64,000 nt of DNA from Candidatus Poribacteria bacterium (GTDB lineage: Bacteria; Poribacteria; WGA-4E; PCPOR2b), in contig OZ244042.1 of the NCBI GenBank assembly GCA_965215015.1, forward strand, positions 1,696,001 through 1,760,000, read 5' to 3'. Every line of letters starts with the position of its first letter. Within the stretch, counting starts at the first letter, position 1. Shown piece after piece: positions 30,170 through 39,181 of the stretch. The notes under the pieces were generated by a model. It was not told the origin of the DNA, made no database searches, and saw only the letters and a program-made list of their open reading frames with translations. The position numbers and the translations under genes were made by a program.

Positions 30170-31912
30170 ATGCGAGTCAATTCAACGGATTTACCTCTCA
30201 AAATTGAACTTATCAAGCGGATCCGCTGGCTCGTCAAGCTTCGTTGGATCGCCATTACAGGGGTCTTGCTGACTGTCAGCATTGCGAGTTGGGGGCTTCA
30301 TATCATTGACAATCCAACACCGCTGTATATCATCGCGGCGTTGATGACACTCTACAACTTTGAGCCGCAAATTTATCCCAAGCATCTTACGGAAAAGCCG
30401 CTCGTATCAATTCAGCGGCACGCGGGTAGGCATATTATTCTAGATTTGTTCTCTTTGACAGCACTCATCCACTTTAGTGGAGGCGTTGAAAATCCTTTTA
30501 TCTTTTACTTCATTTTTCATCTCGTTATCGCGAGTATACTCCTCTCTAAAAAAGTTAGTTATATCCTCGCTACACTAAATACAATCCTTCTAAGTGCTCT
30601 CATTTTCTTTGAATATTACCATATTCTTCCTCATTACCATCTACAGAATTTTTTGCCTGCAACGCTCTGGCGAAACCCGATTTACATTTCAAGTGTGCTG
30701 TTTGTGTTCACTAGCACCCTATTTTTCTCTGTCTATCTGGCAACATCAATTATGGATACCGCGAGGGCCCGTGAGGCAGAGACCCGTGAGTTGAAAGATA
30801 ATCTTGAGGAAAAAGTGGTGGAGTTGGAAGAAGCGAGAGGAGCGGTACTTTTCGAGCGAAACAAACTCACCTCAATCATTGAGTGTATGCAAGAGGGAGT
30901 TATCTTTGTTGATGACAAGAACCATGTGTCGCTTTTTAACAAGGTGGGACAGCAAATTCAAAAAGAACAGTTCGGACTTGATACAGAAGACATTCAATCT
31001 CCAGAGGCTGATGGCGTTCTCCTACAAATTGCGGAGGATTTATCGAAGGGACATGCAGCAATCGAACAGCAGACCCTACAGATTAAGGATAAATTCCTTG
31101 AAAATACTTATGCCGCCGTGCGTGACAGGGATGACAATTATTTAGGCACAGTTTTGGTTTGCCGCGACGTGACAGATCGGAAACGGATGGAACAGCAGAT
31201 GATCCAGTCGGAGAAGATGGCAGCGATTGGCGAATTAGCGTCAGGGGTAGCGCATGAGATTAATAATCCCCTTGATGGTCTACTTAATTGTATCCTTCGG
31301 ATAAAGCGCGATCCGCAGAACGAGCGTCAGACCGCAGAATACTTGGGGCTCATGGAGGAAGCCCTCCGCCGAATTGAAACAACTGTGGGGCAGCTTCTTA
31401 ATTTCTCACGCCAACGTGATTTAGCACTTACATCAGTTGCCCTCAATGAGGTTGTCACCGAAGTCGTCAGTCTGATTACATACAGTGCGGATGAAAAAGG
31501 GATCGGGATTGAGAAGCATTTCCAGAAAGACCTAGATCTAATCCGTGGGGACAAACATCTGTTAGAACAGGTTGTCCTGAATCTCGCCCTAAACGCAATC
31601 GGGGCTATGCCCGAGGGCGGCGTATTGACTTTCACGACTGGAGAGATTGAATTTGATGCACTACTTGGTAAAGCTGCGGCTTTTGTTCAGGTCATGGACA
31701 CAGGAATCGGCATCCCCAAGTCCGTCCAAGATCGGATTTTCGATCCGTTTTATACCACAAAGATTACTGAGAAAGGCACAGGGTTGGGGCTTTCGGTATC
31801 CAATCGCATCGTCAGACAGCATGAGGGTGTCATTGAATTTGACAGCAAGATTGAGCAGGGTTCTGTGTTCACCGTTAAATTACCGACAAGGAGAGGAGTG
31901 GAAAACGGTTGA
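30170..31912 (+). CDS. Membrane sensor histidine kinase with PAS domain (NtrB/AtoS-like)
   Basis: Multi-TM N-terminus; AHEINNPL H-box; QVVLNLALNA; DTGIGI; FDPFYTTK; GTGLGL. Confidence 0.92.
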   Translation: MRVNSTDLPLKIELIKRIRWLVKLRWIAITGVLLTVSIASWGLHIIDNPTPLYIIAALMTLYNFEPQIYPKHLTEKPLVSIQRHAGRHIILDLFSLTALIHFSGGVENPFIFYFIFHLVIASILLSKKVSYILATLNTILLSALIFFEYYHILPHYHLQNFLPATLWRNPIYISSVLFVFTSTLFFSVYLATSIMDTARAREAETRELKDNLEEKVVELEEARGAVLFERNKLTSIIECMQEGVIFVDDKNHVSLFNKVGQQIQKEQFGLDTEDIQSPEADGVLLQIAEDLSKGHAAIEQQTLQIKDKFLENTYAAVRDRDDNYLGTVLVCRDVTDRKRMEQQMIQSEKMAAIGELASGVAHEINNPLDGLLNCILRIKRDPQNERQTAEYLGLMEEALRRIETTVGQLLNFSRQRDLALTSVALNEVVTEVVSLITYSADEKGIGIEKHFQKDLDLIRGDKHLLEQVVLNLALNAIGAMPEGGVLTFTTGEIEFDALLGKAAAFVQVMDTGIGIPKSVQDRIFDPFYTTKITEKGTGLGLSVSNRIVRQHEGVIEFDSKIEQGSVFTVKLPTRRGVENG

Positions 31913-33222
31913 AAGTACTGGTTGTTGATGATGAAAAAATCAAACTGATTACACTGCGCGATGATCTGCGCGAGGCGAACTACGATACCATTGCGGTTGA
32001 GTCCCCAGCGATTGGGCTCCAGCTTGTGCAGCACGAACATTTTGACGTCCTTGTTACCGATTTGCGCCTGCCGAAGATGCACGGAATTGAATTTCTCAAG
32101 CGTGTCCAGAGGGAGCAGCCACATATCATTGTGATTGTCATGACCGCTTATGCGAGTGTCGAAACTGCTGTCGAAGCAATGAAATTTGGGGCGTATAACT
32201 ATATCAAAAAACCTTTCTCCAGCGAAGAACTCATTCAGATGTTGGATAAACTGAAAATGCTCCACAGCAAACAGCGTTCACAGCTAAAAGTTCCCATGAA
32301 AGGGCACTCTCCATACCACCATATTATCGGAAAGAGTCAGGCAATCCAAGACCTGTTTGACCTGCTTGAAAACATCTCCGATACCCAGAGCACTGTGCTG
32401 ATCTACGGGGAACATGGCACGGGAAAAACACTCGTAGCAAAATTGATTCATTTTAACAACGCACGTAGACATCAACCTTTTAGGATTGTCAACTGCTCCG
32501 GTGTGTCTACCGAAGCGTTAAATCGAGATCTCTTTGGAGATAAGCAAACCGATAACGAGTTCGCACATAAAGGGACGCTTTTTCTTAAAGATATTGATGC
32601 CCTTCCCGTCCCGCTGCAGGTTGAGCTTCTACAGTTACTAGAAAGTCAACAACTGAATCCGGCCTCGAGCGCACAAATGGAGGATGTGCGGATTATCGCT
32701 GCGACAACCAAGAATTTGCGTATGAAGGTCCAAAATGGAGGGTTTCGAGACGATCTTTTCTATCGACTGAACGTTGTCCCAATCTTCCTACCGCCGTTGC
32801 GTGAACGGGTTGAGGATATTCCCCTTTTAATCAATCACTTTTTAGATTTATTCTCGCCCAATTCCACCATTCACATTGCCCCCGAAGCTGTCGACGGGCT
32901 CACAGCATATCCATGGCCCGGCAATGTCCGTGAATTGGAAAACGTGATTGAACGGCTCGTAACGGTTGGCGACGGGGCAGAAATTACAGTTGACGATATT
33001 CCGCTTGAGTTGAGACTGCCGACCCATACCTGCTTAGATGAGACGTTGAGTGAGATCTCTTTCCAAGAGATTATCCGGTCGACAGAGCGTGAGCTCATCG
33101 GTTGGGCGATGAAAAAAGCAAATGGGAACAAAACGCAAGCTGCCAAACTCCTCAAAATGAAGCCTTCAACCTTCCGCGATACCCTCGCCAAGCATATTGA
33201 CCAGATTGAATGGGGGGCGTGA
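31909..33222 (+). CDS. NtrC-family response regulator with degenerate AAA+ domain
   Basis: Receiver (VDDE, TDLRLP, KPF); GEHGTGKT; FRDDLFYRLNV; WPGNVRELEN; Fis-type HTH; no GAFTGA. Confidence 0.88.
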   Translation: MKVLVVDDEKIKLITLRDDLREANYDTIAVESPAIGLQLVQHEHFDVLVTDLRLPKMHGIEFLKRVQREQPHIIVIVMTAYASVETAVEAMKFGAYNYIKKPFSSEELIQMLDKLKMLHSKQRSQLKVPMKGHSPYHHIIGKSQAIQDLFDLLENISDTQSTVLIYGEHGTGKTLVAKLIHFNNARRHQPFRIVNCSGVSTEALNRDLFGDKQTDNEFAHKGTLFLKDIDALPVPLQVELLQLLESQQLNPASSAQMEDVRIIAATTKNLRMKVQNGGFRDDLFYRLNVVPIFLPPLRERVEDIPLLINHFLDLFSPNSTIHIAPEAVDGLTAYPWPGNVRELENVIERLVTVGDGAEITVDDIPLELRLPTHTCLDETLSEISFQEIIRSTERELIGWAMKKANGNKTQAAKLLKMKPSTFRDTLAKHIDQIEWGA

Positions 33223-33243
33223 AGGGAAAGGGATACAAACTGA

Positions 33244-34139
33244 GTCAGCTACCCTGCCCTGAAGGAGGAGGCGTGTCGACTGCCCTACGGGATTACAAAG
33301 TTTGCGGCATCGGCTCGTAACTTTACACGCCAGCCACCGACGGCCACCGCAACCGTGTAGAAGTATTCACGATGCCTCCGCCACGAAACCGTTTCAACTT
33401 CCGGGCGAAACTTCAGACAAACATCGTCTTTCACCTATCACGTTGAGAGGAGAGCGAAAAACAAGCGTTTTTCTAAAGTCATCAAGTTACATAATACTCA
33501 GTAGGAGTTACGCACGTGAGTGTGTCGTAACGCCATCCAACCCGCGGCACGATAGATGCTAAATCGCCCGATGGGAGTCGGCATATGGCGTATGTCGTCC
33601 TCCCATTTCTCTAATCCCGCCGCAAGTGGGAGGACGAAGGGAGAGACGGCACCGCGGGACGTGCCTACTACTTTGGGATGAACTGTCGCCGCCCGATTCA
33701 TCGGACGGTGAGACGCATCTTCACCGAATCGGTAATCGTGGCGCAGAAACTATCCTCGCTGAAATCGGGGTTGTCTAAACTGCCAAATGCACCCACATAA
33801 GCCTTCTGTCGATCGATTTTCCAAAATCGAAAATACCTACAACATTGCGCTATAGAATACCAGACACGATGGGGCAACAATCCTGGCTCAACCCGCCCGG
33901 GACATTGCGCGGGAGTCCGGGTGTTTTTCGAGATATTAATATAGACCTACAAGGCGTTGAGCGGGCAACTGCATAAGTCCTAACTCAGTTACAAAAACAA
34001 TCCGTTTTCTTAAAAAAAAGGAGGGGCAGTTTCCTCCCCGCAGATACCTGATACTGTTGCACAACATGCCAGGCTGACTAAACCCGGACTATAGCGCAAC
34101 ACGTATGGTATTTACGGAGGCTCCACTGCGAAAATTTTG
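33244..34139 (-). mobile_element. Non-autonomous IS200/IS605-type element (PATE-like) with nested insertions
   Basis: One end is GTCAGCTACCCTGCCCTGAAGGAGGAGGCGTGT; the other is GCAGTTTCCTCCCCGC...CGGAGGCTCCACTGCGAAAATTTTG|ATGA. Both resemble the subterminal hairpins of this family. No tnpA, tnpB or iscB ORF. Confidence 0.65.
33502..33982. mobile_element. Nested MITE with 13-bp TIRs and a 6-bp target duplication
   Basis: TAGGAGTTACGCA...TGCATAAGTCCTA, flanked by ACTCAG at 33496-33501 and 33983-33988. Confidence 0.7.
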
Positions 34140-34706
34140 ATGAACCGGAAACAGGCACGCGAGCACCTTCGAGCGGAAGCTCTCCACAAACGGGACAGTA
34201 TTCCACCAGGTGTGAGGACCGAACTGAGCCGACAGATTGTCAACCACGCAATCAATTGGATCGAGAAGAAGCGAGCCGATGCGGTCCTGACCTATCTCAA
34301 CATGCGGAGTGAGGTGGAGACCGGCGGTTTGCTCGATTACCTATTGGTTCAGAATAAGGTCGTGCTTGCCCCTGTGATGAATACCAAACAACGAAGCTTC
34401 ACACCACACCGTATCATAGATCCGAAAAAAGATCTCGTTCTCCACCCCTACGGTATGTACCAACCGAACCGGGCAACCTGTCCTCCGTTCCCTTTAGACC
34501 AGATTGATTTAATTTTTGTTCCCGGTGTTGCCTTCGATCGCAAGGGCTACCGCATCGGATACGGTGTCGGCTTCTACGATCGATTCCTGCCGCAATGTCC
34601 ACAGGCAGTTTGGATGGGCTTGGCTTACGAAGCGCAGATTGTGACAAACACTTTTCCACAACCGTGGGACGTCCCCCTCCATCAAATCCTCACAGAAGGC
34701 TCGTGA
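34140..34706 (+). CDS. 5-formyltetrahydrofolate cyclo-ligase
   Basis: SEVET, DLIFVPGVAFDRKGYRIGYGVGFYDRFL, WDVPL. Confidence 0.93.
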   Translation: MNRKQAREHLRAEALHKRDSIPPGVRTELSRQIVNHAINWIEKKRADAVLTYLNMRSEVETGGLLDYLLVQNKVVLAPVMNTKQRSFTPHRIIDPKKDLVLHPYGMYQPNRATCPPFPLDQIDLIFVPGVAFDRKGYRIGYGVGFYDRFLPQCPQAVWMGLAYEAQIVTNTFPQPWDVPLHQILTEGS

Positions 34707-34780
34707 TATTCATATGCTATTTCTAATTCGTGAAGAATCTTTTCAGTACATCCACTTACGCATTATACTCAATTTTACGC

Positions 34781-34808
34781 TTGACATCGGAGACGCCTGT
34801 GATATAAT
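34781..34808 (+). promoter_or_regulatory. sigma70-type promoter of the dcw cluster
   Basis: TTGACA-N16-TATAAT with extended TG. Confidence 0.7.
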
Positions 34809-34921
34809 GCCTCTATTTGGGGTAAACAGTCTAAAGCTGTTTAGCAAGTGCCCCCAAATCAGTACAAGGAAGAGAATATGCCTGATTATGTAGAACGAAA
34901 ACCGGGATACCTCAGAAAGAG

Positions 34922-35902
34922 ATGAGTGGGAACCACATACCTGTCCTAGTTGACGAAGTACTTCAATTTTTACAACCGAAAAATCACGGCTTTTATGTGG
35001 ATGGCACGGTTGGATTAGGCGGGCATGCCGCTGTCATCTTACAGAAGTCCGCGCCGAACGGATCTCTGCTTGGGATTGATTTGGACTCGGAGGCGTTGGC
35101 TATCGCCAAGGAAAGGCTGCATGAATATAGGGAACGGGTGACACTCGTTGGTGGAAATTTTGCCCATTTGGATCGGCTGCCTCAGTTGCCTCGGGGTGTA
35201 GCGCAACCGGAAGCGATGATTTCCCAAATTGATGGCATTTTACTCGACCTGGGAGTGTCATCTTTGCAACTTGATACGCCAGCAAGAGGGTTTAGTTTTA
35301 CCCACTCTGGGCCCTTAGATATGCGGATGGATACCAGCCAGTCTCTATCAGCAGCGCACGTCGTGAACCGCCACCCAGAAGATGCGCTCGCAACGATTTT
35401 TACGCAATTCGGTCAAGAACGTTGGTCAAAAAGAATTGCGCGCCAGATTGCTTACGCTCGAAAACGCAAATCCATCTCAACAACCTGTCAACTCGCTGAA
35501 ATCGTTCTGGATGCAATTCCCCCCAAATCAACGGGGTGGCGCATCCATCCCGCGACAAGGGTTTTTCAAGCGTTACGAATCTATGTTAACGATGAGCTCA
35601 AAAGCCTTCATTCCGGGATACGCTGTGCCGCTTCCGCTTTGAAGCCCGGTGGACGCTTATGTATCATCTCTTTCCATTCTCTTGAAGATCGAATTGTCAA
35701 AGAGCGGTTTCGTACCCTATCGCGTGCCTGTATTTGCCCACCGAAAACCCCTATCTGTGTGTGTCAGCATACACCGACTCTTCAAATACTGACCAAACGT
35801 CCGATACCTCCAACCCCCGATGAAGTTCGACGCAATCCTCGGTCTCGAAGTGCAAAATTGCGGGTTGCGATGAAGATCCATGAATCTAAAACGAAAGATT
35901 GA
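34922..35902 (+). CDS. rsmH: 16S rRNA m4C1402 methyltransferase
   Basis: HIPVL, DGTVGLGGHA, DLGVSSLQLD, HPATRVFQALRI, SFHSLEDRIVK, NPRSRSAKLR. Confidence 0.96.
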   Translation: MSGNHIPVLVDEVLQFLQPKNHGFYVDGTVGLGGHAAVILQKSAPNGSLLGIDLDSEALAIAKERLHEYRERVTLVGGNFAHLDRLPQLPRGVAQPEAMISQIDGILLDLGVSSLQLDTPARGFSFTHSGPLDMRMDTSQSLSAAHVVNRHPEDALATIFTQFGQERWSKRIARQIAYARKRKSISTTCQLAEIVLDAIPPKSTGWRIHPATRVFQALRIYVNDELKSLHSGIRCAASALKPGGRLCIISFHSLEDRIVKERFRTLSRACICPPKTPICVCQHTPTLQILTKRPIPPTPDEVRRNPRSRSAKLRVAMKIHESKTKD

Positions 35903-35962
35903 ACGTTTCTTAAAAACTGGACGAGACGATTTGCAAAGGGACAGTCAGAAACGATTATAATC

Positions 35963-36256
35963 ATGAAATATCAGAAACCAACCCGGTCAGCAAAATTTCA
36001 TCCCTTTGCATACCTCGCGCTTGCTCTTTATATCTGTATCTTTTTTCTGAGTGCCTGGTTTTCGTCATACCAACACAAGGTTGCCCTACAAATGCGTGAG
36101 GGGTTTGAGCAGCGGAGGGATCAGCTCCAGAACGAAATTAACAGACTCAAAATACAGGAAACAAGGCTCACTTCCATTGAACGGATTCATGAAATTGCCA
36201 AAGATCTTCAGATGGTTCAACCTTCCAAGCCAACCTATATGCTGAAAGCCGATTAA
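35963..36256 (+). CDS. ftsL: Cell division protein FtsL-like
   Basis: One TM helix plus coiled coil, RIHEIAKDLQM; lies between rsmH and ftsI. Confidence 0.7.
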   Translation: MKYQKPTRSAKFHPFAYLALALYICIFFLSAWFSSYQHKVALQMREGFEQRRDQLQNEINRLKIQETRLTSIERIHEIAKDLQMVQPSKPTYMLKAD

Positions 36257-36462
36257 GATTTGCGAATCATGCGTTTCATTGTGCAAGCCCTTAACCTTTG
36301 ATGCGCTCTGGAACATCCAGGCTATTGGCGGAGGCCCCGCAACGTGGTGTATGAATGTGAAACGTAAGGGGTAATATGCTTCGTGTTTCAGGCAGGTGAT
36401 TCCGTCCTTGTAGTGTTCCTCACCAATATCGTACACAATTACACTGCCGCATTGACACGCCT

Positions 36463-38217
36463 ATGAAAAATATACCTTTTCCCCGGATTACAATTGTATG
36501 GGTTATTTTGGAACTCTGCTTAGGGTTATTGATAGGGCGCTTGTTTCTGATTCAGTATGTACATAGTCAGAAGCTACGCGGGCGTTCTGAGGGGCAGCGT
36601 AACACACAAGTGGGTTTTCAGACAAAGCGCGCTAAGATTGTGGATCGGCACGGAAGTGTATTCGCAATCAATCAGGATCTGGTTTCGGTCTATGCGGATC
36701 CAAAAACGCTGAAAGATAAGTCTGATGAGGTTGTGCATAAACTTGCGCCAGTGCTCAATGTGTCGGAATCTAGACTGTTGCCGGTGCTGCAGCAAAAGAA
36801 AAGGCGTTTTGTTTGGTTGAAACGGAATATAGAGTACGAACGCATCAACGCCATCCGCCAAGTCACTAAAAGCATTTACGGGGTCGGGTATCGGACCCAT
36901 GAAAAGCGATCTTACCCAAAAGACGAACTAGCGTGCCATATTATTGGATATACCAATTTTCAAAATAAAGGTATTGACGGAATCGAGCATCAGTACGATG
37001 CCTATCTAAGTACGGGTGAAAAAGACTACCTGCCAACATCACAACCAAAAGGGAGTCAGATCAGTACTGATGGTAAGAGACGCCCCATTCGTCCGCCACA
37101 ACTTTATCAACGCGGGGGGAAATACGGTTGTAGCGTTGTCCTTACGCTTGATGAATATATTCAACATATCGCAGAAACAGAACTGATTGCCGGCTGCGAA
37201 AAATGGCAGGCGAAAGCGGGAACAGCAATCGTCATGCACTCCAAAACTGGTGAGATTTTGGCATTAGCCAATTATCCGAACTACAATCTCAATCACTACT
37301 CAAAGAGCAAAGAGTTAGCCAAGCGAAATCGCGCCATCTGGATGCAATACGAACCTGGCTCCGTGTTTAAAATCGTCACCGCCTCTGCTGTCCTCAACGA
37401 GAAACTGATGTCTCCGGACTCGCGTGAGTATTGCGAGATGGGGGAATATCGTCTGTCCAATGGGCATGTTATTCACGATATTAAGCCAAATGCGTGGCTA
37501 ACACTCAGCGAGATTATCGCAAAGTCCAGTAATATTGGTATCCTTAAGGTTGCGAGTCTTCTAGACAAAGAACAGTCAGAAGCTTACACGCGCCGGTTTG
37601 GATTCGGTGAGAAAACCGGTATCGATCTACCTTACGAACGCATCGGTAGTTTGAGGGGCTTCCGAAAATGGGATGACTACTCGATTGCCTCTGTTCCTTT
37701 TGGACAAGGTATTTCCGTGACACCTATCCAAGTGTTGAATGCCATCAACGTAATTGCTACCAACGGTGTGCTGTTACAGCCGTATGTCACTCGGCAAATT
37801 ATCGATAAGGACGGAAACTTGCTAGAACAATCATACCCCAAGCCAATTCGTCGTGTGATTTCCGCAGAAACCGCACAAACGATGACACAAATGCTTGTCA
37901 GTGTGACGGAAGCCGGTGGTGGAATAAGGGCGCGTGTCGAAGGATATACTGTTGCTGGCAAAACTGGTACAGCACAAAAAGCAGAACGAGGGAAAGGGTA
38001 CGTCGAAGGCAAAGTGGTCGGCACTTTTGCAGGATTTCTTCCGGCGGAGGATGCGTTGCTCTCAATTATTGTTGTTGTTGACGAGCCGGCGGGTGCTCCG
38101 TTGAGTAGTTATGTCACCGCACCAATTTTCCAAAAGATTGCGAGTGAAGTGATGCGCTATTTGAGCCAAAAGCATCTCTTTGCCCAGAAATCAACTGCAA
38201 TTGATGCGGAAAACTAA
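36463..38217 (+). CDS. ftsI: Class B penicillin-binding protein (PBP3-like)
   Basis: EPGSVFK (SxxK), KSSN (SxN), GKTGTAQ (KTG); dcw position. Confidence 0.88.
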   Translation: MKNIPFPRITIVWVILELCLGLLIGRLFLIQYVHSQKLRGRSEGQRNTQVGFQTKRAKIVDRHGSVFAINQDLVSVYADPKTLKDKSDEVVHKLAPVLNVSESRLLPVLQQKKRRFVWLKRNIEYERINAIRQVTKSIYGVGYRTHEKRSYPKDELACHIIGYTNFQNKGIDGIEHQYDAYLSTGEKDYLPTSQPKGSQISTDGKRRPIRPPQLYQRGGKYGCSVVLTLDEYIQHIAETELIAGCEKWQAKAGTAIVMHSKTGEILALANYPNYNLNHYSKSKELAKRNRAIWMQYEPGSVFKIVTASAVLNEKLMSPDSREYCEMGEYRLSNGHVIHDIKPNAWLTLSEIIAKSSNIGILKVASLLDKEQSEAYTRRFGFGEKTGIDLPYERIGSLRGFRKWDDYSIASVPFGQGISVTPIQVLNAINVIATNGVLLQPYVTRQIIDKDGNLLEQSYPKPIRRVISAETAQTMTQMLVSVTEAGGGIRARVEGYTVAGKTGTAQKAERGKGYVEGKVVGTFAGFLPAEDALLSIIVVVDEPAGAPLSSYVTAPIFQKIASEVMRYLSQKHLFAQKSTAIDAEN

Positions 38218-38288
38218 TCAGCACTCCATTGATTGGTACTATTTGGTTTATATCGGTCCAGATTGATGTATCTTTGGGAGGTAAGCCA

Positions 38289-39100
38289 ATGAAAAGGGTA
38301 AATGTGAAGTGTTTGATTTGTGCTGTGGTCTTAGCACTAGGCGTCATTAACCAAGCGGAAAGTTGCGTTCGGGTTGTGCCAGATTTAGCGTAGCCGCCGG
38401 GGGAGAGTTGGTTGTTGTAGGGAAACTGTTATCAGTAGAAACGAAAGTTGATGCGCCGACTCGGCTGCTGTATACGGATGTCACCGTAGAGGTTGTCCAA
38501 GTTATTCGGAATACAAAGGAGAAAGGGATAAAAGTCGGCTCGACTATCAATTTTCGTTCCCGTAGCAGAATACTCGAGGCAGAGTTCAGCAAAGAGGAGA
38601 TAGAGGGTTTGCTTCTTCTGTCGCTAGAACGACCTCACCCCAGAACAACAGTCGGCCGCAAAAAAAGATTTGACACCATTTTTGACGTTTTTGGGGAGAC
38701 CATGGGAAATCCACCATTAGAATCAAAGGTGATGTTCCCATGGTGTATCTGTTTGGGTTGAAACGCGAGGTTGTAAAGCCACAATTTCGATGGTCACGCA
38801 ATCGATGATCACATAAAAACTAGTATCAAGAGTTGGAGATTGGATTGCCTCTTGACTGGGGCCTAGAAGCGATGAATATGGCGATTAGCTTGGGTTCTAG
38901 GAATCCAGTTAAAAGCCTGACAGGCCCCGAAGATATACCCGCAGAAATCAGGTTTCAATATGGACGACTTAGCAGCCTAGAAAAGTTGGTTTGTAGATTA
39001 GGATCGGAAGGCAGGTCAGAGGCGGCCCTTACTTAAAATCGCCCGCAAAGAACTCGCTCCGCTCAAAGAGGAGTTAGACCGAGTAGAAGGAAACGACTAA
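38289..39100 (+). pseudogene. Frameshifted gene for a secreted protein inside the dcw cluster
   Basis: RBS GGAGG then MKRVNVKCLICAVVLALGVINQAES (signal peptide) followed by an early stop. Protein-like sequence continues in other frames (38363-38761, 38833-39036). Confidence 0.5.
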
Positions 39101-39181
39101 GACGGAAAGCACGGTTTTTCTTTTGCAAGGCAATTGTGTCTTTTCTGGTTTCATTTGTGAAGGTCGAAGGTGGAATAGATC

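Noticed and set aside
33250-34130. 6S RNA expected upstream of the 5-formyl-THF cyclo-ligase
   Set aside because: The interval is accounted for by nested mobile elements, and no 6S-like rod with a central bubble was recognised.
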